A stretch of DNA of 63,889 bases, counting the filler, from Welwitschia mirabilis (taxonomy: Eukaryota), in NCBI GenBank assembly GCA_051453625.1. It is 6 parts of one record of this genome, joined end to end, with 100 filler letters (N's around TTAATTAATTAA, not from the genome) between each part and the next. Parts side by side here need not be neighbours in the genome. Positions count along the whole stretch, not along the records: positions 1 to 30,625 come from JBOZIK010000001.1; 5 more parts are not named here. One strand, given 5' to 3'. Numbering within the stretch: the first letter of the stretch is position 1; each line of letters begins with the position of its first letter. Under the pieces are notes generated by a model. The model was not told the origin of the DNA. It was given only the letters and a program-made list of their open reading frames with translations, and searched no databases. A program made the translations under genes and the position numbers. Below are positions 1-13,299 of this stretch, in pieces.

Positions 1-729
1 CTTATTAGTTCCTTTTTCCATGATTCTGTTTTTAAAGATAAATTCTTCAAATTTTTTCCGTTTGTTTTTTCTGTCGCATCTCCAATGCTTGCTTGCTATT
101 AAATTTTTTTAAGATGTTTTTCTAATCAGTCCAAACAAACTTATTTTACAAACTGTCATCTTGATATGTTGTGCCCATAATAGAGGGGACGATTGTCATT
201 CTTTTTCCTTTATATAATCCATGACATCTTGCTTTTCTTGTGGGGAAGACAGGATAGCTCTTCAAGCTTTCTTCTGAAATATTACAACAATAATATATCA
301 TTTTTTAAGGATTATTTTGGTCTTGGATGATACATACTTATAATGCATTGTTTGAACATGATAGCATGTTACTTGAATATATTTTATAGAATTTATTTTG
401 CAAGAGAAGGTAGCACACTCACTGATTTTTCAAAGCTATGTTTTTGATTATTTGAAAAAATTCCATGATTACTCCTATACTTTGCCCTTGTAGAAAACAT
501 TAATGAGCTTTTCATGCATTAATCTTTAAGATTATTATTACTTAAGCTTATATATCAGTTTTAGCATTATGTCTACACATTATCATTTTTCTGAACTATC
601 ATTCTAACTTGTTATGTGTATGACATTTATTTGGACTATTGTAATAAGTTTAAGTAGGGGGCTTATAACTATAGTAGTAATTGTATTTATGAATTGTTAT
701 CATCTATTCTTGCATCATAAAGCATTAAA

Positions 730-3215
730 TTCTTACAAATTGGCATCACAACATTCTCATAAGAGTAAAACCCATGTTTTTACTTCAATGCCATGAGAAA
801 TCATTTACGTGGATTTAGTTGGACTTGCTCAAACTCATAGTCTAGATGAAAAGCATTATTTTCTTACAATGGTTGATGACTACTCTAGATATACTTAGAT
901 TGCCTTTTTGTCCAACAAATCTGAAGCTTACAAGCATTACTTTGAGATTTGCAACAAGATTTAAAATGAAAAGGGTTACACCATAAAGAAGATAAGAAGT
1001 AATCATGGTGGAGAGTTTGAAAACCATTTCTTTAAAAAGTATTGCATTGAAAATGGTATTAATCATTAGTTTTCAGCTCCAAGATACCACAATAAAATGG
1101 TGTAGCTGAAAGGAAGAACAGAGTTATTCAAGAAATGGCTTAAACTATGCTTAATTATAAAGAAGTACCTAAGTCTTTTTGGGCTGAAGCCATTAGTACA
1201 ACATCTTATATGATTAATAGAGTTTATTTTAAACTAGGTACTGATAAAAACACCTTATTAGCTATGAAATAGAAGACAATAAAATGTGTCATATTCTAAG
1301 GTATTTGGAAGTAAANNNNNNNNNNGTAAATGTTATGTTCTAAAAGATAGGAAACATTTAAGCAAATTTGAATCAAAAGAAGATAAAGCCATCTTTTTAG
1401 GATAATCAATAAGAAGTAGATCCTACTGTGTGTTTAACAAAAGAAGCTTAACTGTAGAAGAATCAATAAATATGCAAATTGATGAGATTGATCCAAAGAT
1501 AAGCAACTTAGATGAAGAAGAAATTAGAAACCCAAGTATTCCCACCACAAATAAAGGTGTTACTAAAACAAATAAAGCTCAAGTAAAAGAGGGTACACCT
1601 AAAAGCCATAAACTTCCAAAGATCATCCATTAAAATCAATCATTGGAGAAGTTAACTCAAGAGTAAAAACAAGAGATTCAATGAAAAATTTGTATGCCCA
1701 TGTCTATTATGTTTCAAAAATAGAACCCAAGAATTTTGAAGAAGCAGAAAATCATGAATAATGGATGTTAGCAATGTAAGACGAGTGACAATAGTTTAAG
1801 AGAAACAATGTTTGGAAACTAGTGGAGAGACCAGAAGATAAGAATTTCATTGTTACAAAATGGATTCTTAAGAATAAATGTGATAAAGAAAATAATATTA
1901 TCAAAAACAAAGTAAGACTTGTAGCTCAAGGTTTTAACCAAATAGAAGGAATTGACGTAGGATATACTTTTGCTCTTGTTGTAAGATTATATAGCATTAG
2001 AATGTTCTTATCTTTTATAGCTTTTAAAAACTTTAAGATTTATCAAAAGGATGTAAAAAGGCGTTTTTAAATGGTTCATTAAATAAAGAATCTATATTGA
2101 ACAACCTTAAGGCTTTATTTATCCATATAGATCTGATCATGTATACAAACTTAAGAAAGCACTATATGGATTAAAACAAGCACATAGAGCATGGTATGAA
2201 AATTTAGCTACCTTTTTGAATGAAAATGGATATGATCATGGAACGATAAATAAAACTTTATTTGTAAAGAAGCTGAGAGATGATTTTATTATTATACAAA
2301 TTTATGTGGTAATATTATATTTGGTACCTCAAATGAAAATTTGTCAAAAGAATTTACAAAAATTATGACAAATAAATTTGAAATGAGTATGCTTGGTAAA
2401 GTTAAAATATTTCTTAGACTTCAAATAAAGTAAATTAATGATCAAAATATGCAAGACATTTGATAAAACAATTTAGATTATAAAATGCAAAAACAATTGA
2501 TACTCCTATCTCTACATCGTGCAAAATAAGCCTAGATAAAAATGGTAAACTAGTGGATTGAAAACTTTACAGAAGTATGATTGGTAGTTTATTATATTTA
2601 ACTACAAGTAGACCAGATATTATGTTTTGTGTTAAAGTTTGTACTAGATATCAATCAAATCTAAAAGAATTATATTTTCAAGTAGTAAAAGGATAATAAC
2701 ATACATAAAATGTACATGTAATTATGGTTTATGATATTCAAATGAAACATCTTTTGATCTTGCAGGTTTTAGTAATGTTAATTGAGTAGGATGCAAAAAT
2801 GATAGAAAAAGCACAAGTGGAAATTATTTCCTTCTAGGTTCATGTCTAGTTGGTTGGGCAAGTAAGAAACAATATTCTATTTCTCTTTCCACTCTAGAAG
2901 CTAAAGATATTGATGCAGGAAGTTATTGCACTTATCTCTTATGGATGAAAGAAATGTTAAGAGATTTTGGAACATCTTTTGAACAAGTTCGTATTTTTAT
3001 GGTAATGCTAGTACTATTAATATTTTTAAGAATCTATTACAACATTTAAGAATGAAGCATATCGAACTTAGACATTACTTTCTTCATGATCAAGTAAAAA
3101 AAGGTCATATATCCATGAACTTTGTTTCTATAGAATAATAATTAGCAAATATTTTTACTAAAACCCTAAATTTTAATACTTTTATTATCTCAGACATGAA
3201 CTAGGGTTCTTTCAT
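730..3215 (+). pseudogene. Copia pol pseudogene (integrase ~730-1450, RT ~1720-2750, RNase H ~2760-3215), many stops and frameshifts
   Basis: Motifs VDDYSRYT, IRSNHGGEFEN, NGVAERKNR, FWAEAIST; IEPKNFEEA, KNKVRLVAQGFNQIEGID (ORF 1822-2070), [56 protein letters not shown]. Confidence 0.93.
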
Positions 3216-3799
3216 TGTCCTATCATTAAGTGCAGGGTGGTCAACCAAACATCAACTTTGATTGACTAGTATAAGTCAGTTGACCAGTTTAATATTCAAT
3301 ATTCTGGATTACGGAAAAAGTTTTGTAGCAGTAGCAGCAGTAGAACAAAAGTTATCTATAATTTTTCTATCATCTAATACAATTATTTTCTTTCTCTGAT
3401 AAAATTATTTTTCTCTTATTCATGTATGAACTTTTTTGCATTTGAAAATCATTATCTTTTATAACATGCTTTACTAAATTAAAAATGCAATGAAATTATT
3501 TTATTTTACTTAATCCTTGCATTATTATTATATTTTTGAAGTGTAATATATTTGGATCAGAATAAAATTATTGCCCAATTATTGAGTGTGATTATATTGT
3601 GCATTATCATTTGGTATTAATTTGTATTCTTAAAAGGCATCATTTAAGTATGTAATTCATAAGTATTGCTTGAATCATCATTCTTAGTAAAATTATGTGC
3701 ATATTCTAAACTTGTCTTATTTTAAAAGCACAACTTATCTATTCTAAATGCTTCACTATGCTTTCAAAATTTGGGCTTATCATCATTCATCATTTGGTA

Positions 3800-4115
3800 T
3801 CAACATAGGAGGAGCAAATATCCTTGAGATTTTTGGCTATATATCTAACTCTTTATATTTATTTTCCATTAATGCAAAGGGGAATGAAAGATGTAATTCT
3901 TTCAATATACTATTTTTATCATAATTTTTTGAAGACTTTGTATTATTTAGTCAAAGGGGAATAAAAGGTTATCTATCTTATCTTTTGCTTACATATGTAT
4001 ATGTTTTGATGTAAGGGGGAGCTTTTTTTTTTTAATTTTTTAATGTGCTCTTAAAAATGTTTAGTGAATATTTGAAATCACTAAATTATTTGCCATCAAT
4101 GTTAAAGGAGGAGAT
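3800..4115 (+). promoter_or_regulatory. Multiple polypurine tracts upstream of the Sirevirus 3' LTR
   Basis: AGGAGGAG (~3807), AAAGGGGAA (~3876, ~3954), AAGGGGGAG (~4013) and terminal AAAGGAGGAGAT (4104-4115) abutting the LTR. Confidence 0.8.
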
Positions 4116-5070
4116 TATTAGATTATATTTGCCAATTGATGTCAAACTAATTCCTCTGGTGTAGTGCAAATTTATTAGATATTCTATGCAGATGAGTTTG
4201 AGTTATTCAGGTGAAAGATGTGGATCAAAATTCAAAAAAGAAACTACTTAGTTATGTTTACCTATAGTGGGGGTTGACCATATCTTATAGGGATCGACCG
4301 CACCTAAAGGAAATAAGAGAAATGAACTGAACCTAGATCAACTGGATTATGAAGGAGTCGACCGGACCTGTAATCTCAAGAACCAATAGTCCCAGACTGA
4401 GAGGAATGGGGTCATCCAGATATTAATGGGATCAACTGGATTTGAGGAGCTAATAGTTAAGTTCCAAACTAAAAGAAAATGGGTCAAATCAGATTTTTAT
4501 GATGTTGACCAAACTTGAGAATTTGACAAATCCATACTTCCAGACTAAGAGACAAGGTGTCGACCGGACCCAGGATGGGGTTGACCGAATATTTGTGGGG
4601 TCAACCGAATGGTATGGAAAAGTAAATCTTATAGACATTATGTATCCATTACCTAGCCATTATTTAGCCATTTTCTAGCCATTTATAGCCATTAAAGGTG
4701 TAATTCAATTATGTCAAACTATAGTAACCCTTTGTTATAAATATCTAGGTAATAGATAACCTAGAAATCTTTTGGGCATTTTTCAAAATTGGAATTTCAT
4801 TGTGAATCTAAAATATCAAGTAGTATATTTCATTGGTACATCTTTTGTACTGATTCATATCTGATTGAGGAAATCTACTTTTAGAATAAGGATTTCACTT
4901 AGAATCAGATCAAAAAGCTTTATCATTATATTCCATTAGAGAAGAGCTCTGCTCACTGTACTGATACTGAATGTGTAATATCAGAGCTATCAAGACTGCA
5001 CTACATTATATCCATTGCTTTTTGAGGTTGAAACTTAGCCTATAAAAGTCTGTTGTTAAGGTTGAGACTT
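4116..5070 (+). repeat. Sirevirus 3' LTR, copy 1 (truncated by the N gap)
   Basis: Starts TATTAG (TGTTAG in copy 2) directly after the PPT; colinear with ~6341-7245. Confidence 0.88.
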
Positions 5071-5170
5071 NNNNNNNNNNNNNNNNNNNNNNNNNNNNNN
5101 NNNNNNNNNNNNNNNNNNNNNNNNNNNNNNNNNNNNNNNNNNNNNNNNNNNNNNNNNNNNNNNNNNNNNN

Positions 5171-7572
5171 TGCAATAATACTAGTGCTATTAATATTTAT
5201 AAGAATCCATTACAACATTCAAGAATGAAGCATATCGAACTTAGACATCACTTTCTTTGTGATTAGGTAGAAAAAGGTCATATATCTATGAACTTTATTT
5301 CTATAGAATAATAATTAGCAGATATTTTTACTAAACCTCTAAATTTTGATACTTTTATTTATCTCAGATATGAACTGGGGGTTCTTTCTCTATCATATCA
5401 TTAAGTGCAAGGTGATTAACCAAACATCATTTTTAGTCAACTGGTATAGGTTGGTTGACTAGTTTAATACTCAGTCACCTAGTTTATTGAAAAAGTCCTA
5501 TAGTAGTGGTAGTAGCAGAACAAAAGCCATGTATAATTTTTTTATCATCTAAATTATTATTTTGGTGTTTACCGTGAATTTTTCTTTCTATGATAAAATT
5601 ATTTTTATCTTATCCATGTATGAATACTTCTGCATTTGAAAATCATTATCTTTTATGACATACTTTGTTGAAATTAAAATGTAATGAACTTACTTTCTTT
5701 TACTCAATCCTTGCATTATTGTGATATTTTTTAAGTGTAATATATTCAAATTAGAATAAAATTATTATTCAATTATTGAGTGTTCTTCTGATCATATTGT
5801 GCATTATCATTTGATATTAATTTGTGTTCTCAAAGGGTATCATTTAAGTATGTAATTCATAAGTGTTATTTTGTTCATTAAGTTTAGTAGAATTTTGTAT
5901 ATATTCAAAATTTATCCCATTTAAAAACACAACTTGTTTATTCAAAATGCCTCAATATGTTTTAATTTTTTTTTTAGCTTTTCATTATTTATCATTTGGT
6001 ATAAACATAGGGGGAGAAAATATGTTTCAAAAAATTCTAATATGATCATTATTTTATTTGCTATTGATGTCAAAGGGGAAGAGAAGATGTAGTTCTTTCA
6101 ATTTAATATTTAATTCAATATGCTCTTTTTATTATAATTTTTAAAGATTTTGTGCTATTTAGTTAAAGGAGGAGAAAATATTACCTATCTTAATTTTTAC
6201 TTACATATGTATATGTCTTAATATAAAGGGGTGCTTTTTGATTTTTTAATGTGCTCCTAAAAATATTTAGTGCATGACTTTAAATTGTTTAAATCTTTGA
6301 AATCACTAAATTATTTATCATTAATGTCAAAGGAGGAGATTGTTAGATTATATTTGCTAATTGATGTTAAACTAATTCCTTTGGTGTAATGCAAATTTGT
6401 TATATATTGTGTACAAATGAGTTTGAGTTATGTAGGTAAAAGATTTGGATCAAAAAACATGAAAGAAATTGCTTAGTTATGTTTACCTCCAATGAAGGTT
6501 GACCAGATTCTAGAGGGATTAACTGCACTTGAAGCAGACATAAAAGAAATGAACTAAACCCAGAGGGGTCAATTGGATTATGAAGGGGTCAACCAGACCT
6601 GTGATCTCAAGAACTAATATCCTAGATAGAGAGGAAAGGAGTCAATCGGATTTTCATGAGGCTGATTGAACCTGAGAAGCTACAGTCCATAATTTTGGAC
6701 CAAGAGACGAGGGGTCCACTAGACCCAGTATAAGGTCAACTGAGTTCTTATGGGGTCAACTAGATTTTTATGCAGTCGACGAGACGATATAGAAAAGTAA
6801 ATCTTATAGAAATTATATATCCATTATCTAGCCATTACCTAGATGTTTTTCTAGTCATTTATATTCATTGGAGGTGCAATTCAATTATATTGAACCCTAG
6901 TAATCCTCTATTATAAATACTTAGGCAAGAGATAACCTAAAAGACCTTTTAACATTTTTCTAAAATGGTACATTCTTTATAGATCTGAGAGATGAAGTGG
7001 TATATTTCATTGTTACATCTTTTGTACTGATTCATATCTGATTGAGGAGATCTATACTTGGAAAAAAAAACTTTACTCAGAATTAGATTAAAGAGCTTTA
7101 TCATTGTATTCCATTATAGAAGAGCTCTATTCATTATACTGATACTGAACATGTGATATCAGAGCTACCAAGGCTATGTTACATTACATTAATTACTTTT
7201 TGGGGTTGAGACTTAGCTTGCAAAAGTCTGTTAATAAGGTTGAGACTTAGCCTATAAAAGTCCACTTGTAAGGGTTAACAGGTGAACCTAACGAAACCTA
7301 CGGAGTAACAAAGTTCCGAGATCAAGCTTGGTAGAAACTGATAGTCGAGAGTGGAGTAGGAAAATTTCTAAACCATTATAAATCCTATGTACCTCTAAAT
7401 AGATAGTTTCTATTTTATGTTTGACATTCTATTTCTTATTTCTTGTATGTACATTCTTGATTTAATATTTGCTTACATACAATCTGTGATTAGATATCTT
7501 TAATTTGACTTTGAGCTTAAGGTTTTTGAGAGAACCCATTTACCTCATTCTCTAGGGTTCTTGATCCTATCA
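5171..7572 (+). mobile_element. Second copy of the same Sirevirus family: end of RNase H, 3' UTR with multiple PPTs, full LTR
   Basis: 5171-5400 reads [17 protein letters not shown]...ADIFTKPL. The block is colinear with ~3000-5070 but differs by many substitutions. Confidence 0.9.
6341..7572 (+). repeat. Complete Sirevirus LTR (~1.23 kb)
   Basis: TGTTAG...GATCCTATCA termini, PPT AAAGGAGGAGAT immediately upstream, palindromic repeat motifs at ~6495-6790, TATAAATA box at ~6912. Confidence 0.9.
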
Positions 7573-7639
7573 AAATTCCCATAAAAGAACTAAGGGATAG
7601 CTTTATAGGTTATCTTCTAATTGTATTTGGGTAAAAATA

Positions 7640-8850
7640 TTTATTTTATCTTAAAAGGAAGTTTCCTTCCTTAATTCAAATCCTTTCAAACCTTCAAAAA
7701 TTAGGTGAATTCAATTCTATGTGCAAGGTATGACAAGTATCAATAAAGAATGGCTTGTGCTATATGGAGGAGTACTTTATACATTTTTCAAGACACTTGA
7801 ATATTCTCAAGTAGAATATGAGAGCTTAATAAATGATCTCTGATATTGAATATCACCTAAATTTGGTCTACACTTATGGGAGCTTTCCCTTCATAAATCA
7901 ATTATACAAGATAGAAAGCAATGGGTGTTAGTATTTTCTTATGTTCTTCTGCAAGGAAAAGTTGTGCTATGCCTAAAGTCTCTTTAAAGTTATATGACTA
8001 GTAATCCTTTTACTGTTTTAAAATTAGAAGCCATGGTGCAAAAGAGAGTTGATGATTTGCTTCATAAACTAAATGCTATAAGTGTTACTATGGATAACAG
8101 AGCAAAACTTAAGACTTAATTAGTTAGAAATTTATCTATACTTTATGTTACTTTTATGGATGAAAAAGTACTTATAATTCTTAGTTTAATGCTCTTTGGA
8201 ATATATTTAGGCATGAAGTAGGACTAAATCATCAACAGATCTACCCTAAAAAATTACAAAAGAAAAAAAGATAGAAGGAAAAGAAATGAGTGAAGCCTTT
8301 TGGAATCTTTTAACATTGGTTCTAGTAGTAAAATTATTTGATTTTGATCCTCTAAAAAGGTTTTTTATATTCTAATTTACTTTATTAGCAACATATTCCT
8401 AAGGAGTAAAAGTAGGCTTTATGAAAAAGAAGAAGTAGATGAAGGCTTATGAATCTATTTTTGGCTAGCTAAACATGGCTTTTTGACCTAGTTATTTTGT
8501 ATACATTCTTTTATTCTACAAATGGAAATTAACAATAAATAAAGTACTAAATATATTTATTATTTTAAGAAGATGGTGTGTTATACTCATGCAATCTCAA
8601 ATGGCTTATCAATTTGAAGCTGCAACCTTAAATTCTTTGGAAGGCATATCTATACAAGAGATAAACATGAAATAATGAACTTTAGCACTAAATAAGAATT
8701 TTTAAGCCAATAATTCTAAGTTTTTGAATGCTAACATAACAAACTTAAAGACATGAAAACTTGCACAAATAAGATGCATTTAAAATTCCACAATACCTAA
8801 TTTAAGATGTATCAATGAATGGAGGTTTATATATTTATATGGTTTTTTTA
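7640..8850 (+). pseudogene. Very degenerate Ty3/gypsy RT/RNase H relic (tentative)
   Basis: Fragments DIEYHLNLV (~7842, cf. DIQH.IDL), KRVDDLL (~8042), KLFDFD and an AYES motif (~8445) in gypsy order; much of the intervening sequence is missing. Confidence 0.35.
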
Positions 8851-11165
8851 GGATTTATTTTCTTGATTTCTCTATCTTGATGTCATCTTAGCCATACTTA
8901 TGAGCTCATCCCATCTCTAGCTATATCCTTTATTTAAATTTTTAAAAAAAGGTTTGGATTCATTAGATATGAAGTCAAATGACACACATTTAATAATGTG
9001 TTATGTATTTTGAATCTTTAATATATTTGATTATTATGTTGTGAATCCATATCTTAATTTAATTATGGTATAAGGCTATGTTAAATAGGACCTTTTTAGC
9101 CTAGTTGAGAGAAGTGAGGCCATCTAATAAATTGGTAATTTGAATATAATATTTTAACAATTTAAATTTGTTTTTAAAATTTGTAAATTTATCATTCCTT
9201 TTGCGTGTGTGAATGAAAATGATATTCATATTAATTTATGCAATTATGTTTACAAGTAAATGAGTGATAACTTATTAAAATGATATGTATTACATGCAAG
9301 TAGAACTTACATTTAAAAATTGCTTCCAAACACTATAGGAGGAGATAGGTGAAAGATTTTAGGGATTCAAAAATATGGTGAAGATGAAGTAAGATCCGAA
9401 GAAAATGGAGTGAACATGTTCAAATTCTCAAAGGCTATAGAATTTTTAGTAGTTTCTCCTCTTCCTTTAAAGATTTTGTCACTCCAAGTAAAACTACCAA
9501 TGTCTATACATTTTAAAATTGACTTTATGTCAACATTCCTGATAATAAGACATGTCAAATGTCCATCTTATATTATTGCTTTTTATCTAATAATCACAAA
9601 GATGCCTTGAATTTGAGATGTTTATAAAAATAAGCATAGAATTGAAATATAGACCTATTAAAAAGGAAGCAAATCAAGGACATTGATGAAAATTTAAGCA
9701 TCATAAAGCTTAGATTTAATCAAAACTTAAAAACCTTTATTTAAGAAAAGAGAATTTATAATTTATAAGAGAAAAAAAACCATGAATTATGGGACACTAG
9801 TTATGTTTATCCATGGAGTCCTCATAATCAACATGAAAAGGCTACTTAATGTTTAAGAAAAAGCACTAATTTTAAAGCTATTAATTGCTATAGGTGGTTA
9901 TAGTAGCATCCTTGCCTAATGAAATAAAAAAGGGACTCTTATCAAAAAGCCTAAGAAAATTCATCAGAGGGCTCCTCATCCAATTAGGCTAGGTCATTAA
10001 AAGGCTTAGTGAACACAATGATAATTGCATGGTTACATATGTCATTCAAGTTAATGTTGCTATTTTTTGAATTTCCCCACATAGTGTTTTTCAGTTATCC
10101 CATAAAATTACCTTACAGGTTTTATCTTTACGTTTATATTTGAAGACTTGATTATCTAATACTCCATATATCTTTACATTTCTTATTACTTCTATTTATA
10201 TTTTTGTTATCCTTCATATTATAAGTTTATTTAGCATATTTCTTGTCATGTTACAAATTTTTAGTAATTAAGATTTAAGTTCAAGATGTCTTGAAAAATA
10301 AGTTAAAAGAAAATATGAAATTTTATAAGGCTAATAATTTATGTTCATTCTTAAATATTTTATTTTTTAGCTAATAGTCCTATGATTATTTTTTTATTTT
10401 GCATAATATTTATAATTAATGATTTGGTATTATTCATTTAATTTCTCTTTTTAGAAAATGCTATGGAGTTGTGGATTTGTAATTATTATGAATAGAGATG
10501 CTTGACGTCTAAAGTTATTTTATTATTTTTAGTAAAGGATAAAGACTATCTTGAGTTGTAACTACTACCATGTTTATGGAATATTTTGTTATTACTACTA
10601 ATGTCTTATTTATTATTATGATAAGCATAATTGTTATTTACTATTTACCTAATGGCCTGGTAAGGTAATGAAATCCCCATCACTTCCACCATCTTTACTA
10701 CTTCTACCACTTCCACCACACCACTTTCATCACATCACATAGGAGATTGTGCTATCAAAGCTTTGAAACTTTAATCTTGAAGCTTCAAAAATCTTTGGAG
10801 TCCTAAAACTTTGAATCTTTAAAGATTTTTTAATATTCATTTGATTTTGGTATGATTCTTGGTTTTCATTTGTTTAATTCTTGTAAGGTAGTTCTTGCTT
10901 ATCTTTGGAAGCTTGGTTGTTTGCTTTCTATTACATACACCTCATGTTATTTCTTTCTTAGGAATATTCCATTACAACCTTTATCCCTCTTATTTAAGCC
11001 TTGTGATGTATTTTGTTATGGATTTCAACTTGTTTATCTATTGACCTTAGCTTGATGATTTTAAAATAAGAAAATTAAAACTAGCTAGGGTAACCATTTG
11101 TTCAAACTTTAGGGAGTGATGCTCTCTAAAATAAGTCCTCAGGCAATGAGATAAAACTCTAGGAT

Positions 11166-12417
11166 TAATGTACTACCAAATTGTATGTATTTAATGGGTT
11201 ATTATGAGCTATTTTATAGGATAATTATACAGGTTTAAATGCAAATTTAAGAACTTTGAAGAGTTGATAGAAGGTCTCAAAAATTTGTAATTCTTGGTAT
11301 GATTAGAGGCATTTAAAGCATATTTTGAGATCAGTAATGAAAAAGGCTAACTTCTCTTAAGTTAAAAGGATAAAGAAGACCATCGTCCCCTTTGTTGTCC
11401 CTATAATAGGAAGGATGAAAATACTATAAATGCCACATTAGATGCTGACATGGACTGGAGTCAGTATTGCTGAGTCATATTTTGTAAAGAGATGTAATCC
11501 CCATGGTCATCTCCATGACATGCAAGAAAATTAATGTCAAGTTTGATCCATCATCCTCTTTGTCATTGTCATAACATCTAGGATGACACTTGTAACTACC
11601 AATCAATCTTTCTCTATTTCATCAATTTCTTTCTTATAACTAAGAATGTTTTTGTATCATGTTTTGTGTGATGGTTTTGATTCATAGCCCTATAAATAAG
11701 AATCCCATTTAAATATCATCTCCATCTTCATTTGTATCAGACATTATCATGATAAAAGATTGAAGGGCTAAAGATCCATATCACGGGTTATAGAAAGACG
11801 TTTCCTTAGTAAAGGGCTCTACATCCTCCATTGTGGCTTGACTATTTTATAACCTAGATGCTAGTTCTATCTTTAATATAAAAATATGTTTCAATTGTGA
11901 ATTTAGTTTTATTATATTTTCCTTATGGTTTATGTTGTCCTTGATCTGGTGACAAGTTTTATTGATGATATAGGTCTTAAGGGTAGCCTTTGTTAAGGCT
12001 AAATAAAGTACTTTTAGACATTTTATATTACATTTAGATTTAGTNNNNNNNNNNNNNNNNNNNNNNNNNNNNNNNNNNNNNNNNNNNNNNNNNNNNNNNN
12101 NNNNNNNNNNNNNNNNNNNNNNNNNNNNNNNNNNNNNNNNNNNNAAGGCTAAATAAAGTACTTTTAGACATTTTATATTACATTTAGATTTAGTTGCACT
12201 TGTAGTACATTGCATCTTTATTTCCTATACTATTCTTAAGTTTTAATTACTATATTATCTTTGAAAATTAATTCTCATTCTTCTCTCATATGTCTTTAAT
12301 GGGTTATCACATTTGGGTTACTTCCATTCATACTAGAGTGTGTATTTTGCAATCTATATATTTTGATTAATAGGATATGGAGTAAGCCGTAAAGTTATAA
12401 AAATATGCACCACGGCA
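11166..12417 (+). repeat. 5' LTR of the family B element
   Basis: Starts TAATGTACTACCAAATT (cf. TGATGCACTGTCAAATT in the 47771 copy) and ends ...CACGGCA just before the PBS; homologous to 46166-47771, 52140-53339 and 61130-62358. Confidence 0.8.
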
Positions 12418-12420
12418 TCT

Positions 12421-12438
12421 TGGTGCTGTTGCCAAGGA
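12421..12438 (+). promoter_or_regulatory. Primer binding site, tRNA-Asp type (Athila), decayed
   Basis: TGGTGCTGTTGCCAAGGA versus the Athila consensus TGGCGCCGTTGCCGGGGA; all differences are C>T or G>A. Confidence 0.85.
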
Positions 12439-13299
12439 AGGCTACTGAGGATTAAGAGGATTATCATCGTTTAAGTAAGTAAATCAGATTTCTATTTAAT
12501 TCCTTATCTATAGCAATATTGTATTTTTTAATTATGATTTTTAGGTTTTTAGTTGTAGTTTTTTTTTTTATAATCTATAATAATAGTTTTTCATTCTCTA
12601 TATCATCTTTACCACACTAAGAATAACAACACAATTTTGTAACTTACTTTTTGTTTTTGAGTTTTTCTTTTGGTCTTAGTTTAAGTAGGGAAATAATAGT
12701 TGTATCCTTTATCATCTTCATGACATTGTGAATGATAATCTATGAGTTTAGTCTTCTATTTTTAAATTAAAATAATTGATAATTAGTAATAATTAGTTTT
12801 TTCTCATCCCCTACATCATTCACATAACCAAAATAATGATAATCTATTTTTAGATTTTGGATTTCTGCTAAATTTCTATTCTATATTTCTGCTTTTTATC
12901 TTCATTATTGTTTCTATCGTCATCACAACCAAAAGGATGACTATTAGTTGTTTTTAATTTCATTTTCTATTATTTTTTACTTGCAAGATGCTGTAACATG
13001 ATTAATCTAGAAAAGAAGTATTAGAAAAAAAGGCTGCTAATAAAAGAAAATGTTAGAGAAGGACTGATTGACTTCGAAATTGAATCAGAAAAACAATCTC
13101 TTCGTGCATATAATATTTCTTCTAATTTTATTTTTTAAAAATCTAATCTCATTAAAGAAAAGTTTTTATAAGATAATCTAGAAGAAGATAATTTTACAAT
13201 GTTAAACATTTTTCAAAAGAAAAATCAAGTTGTAGGATCTTTAACCCCTAGTCCTAATGTAAATAGGAAATGGGGAATTTAAACTTGTTTTGATTTAAC

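Larger units (their letters stand above)
730..5070 (+). mobile_element. Ty1/copia LTR retrotransposon, Sirevirus (SIRE/Maximus) type, 5'-truncated and decayed: INT-RT-RH, multi-PPT 3' region, 3' LTR cut by a gap
   Basis: Copia domain order INT-RT-RH. Several purine tracts lie before the LTR, and palindromic GGTCGACCGG-like repeats lie inside it; both are described Sirevirus hallmarks. Confidence 0.88.

Noticed and set aside
11995..12194. 50-bp direct repeat around a 100-N gap
   Set aside because: Identical flanks are an unmerged contig overlap; the same applies to the 46267-46660 and 1316-1325 gaps.
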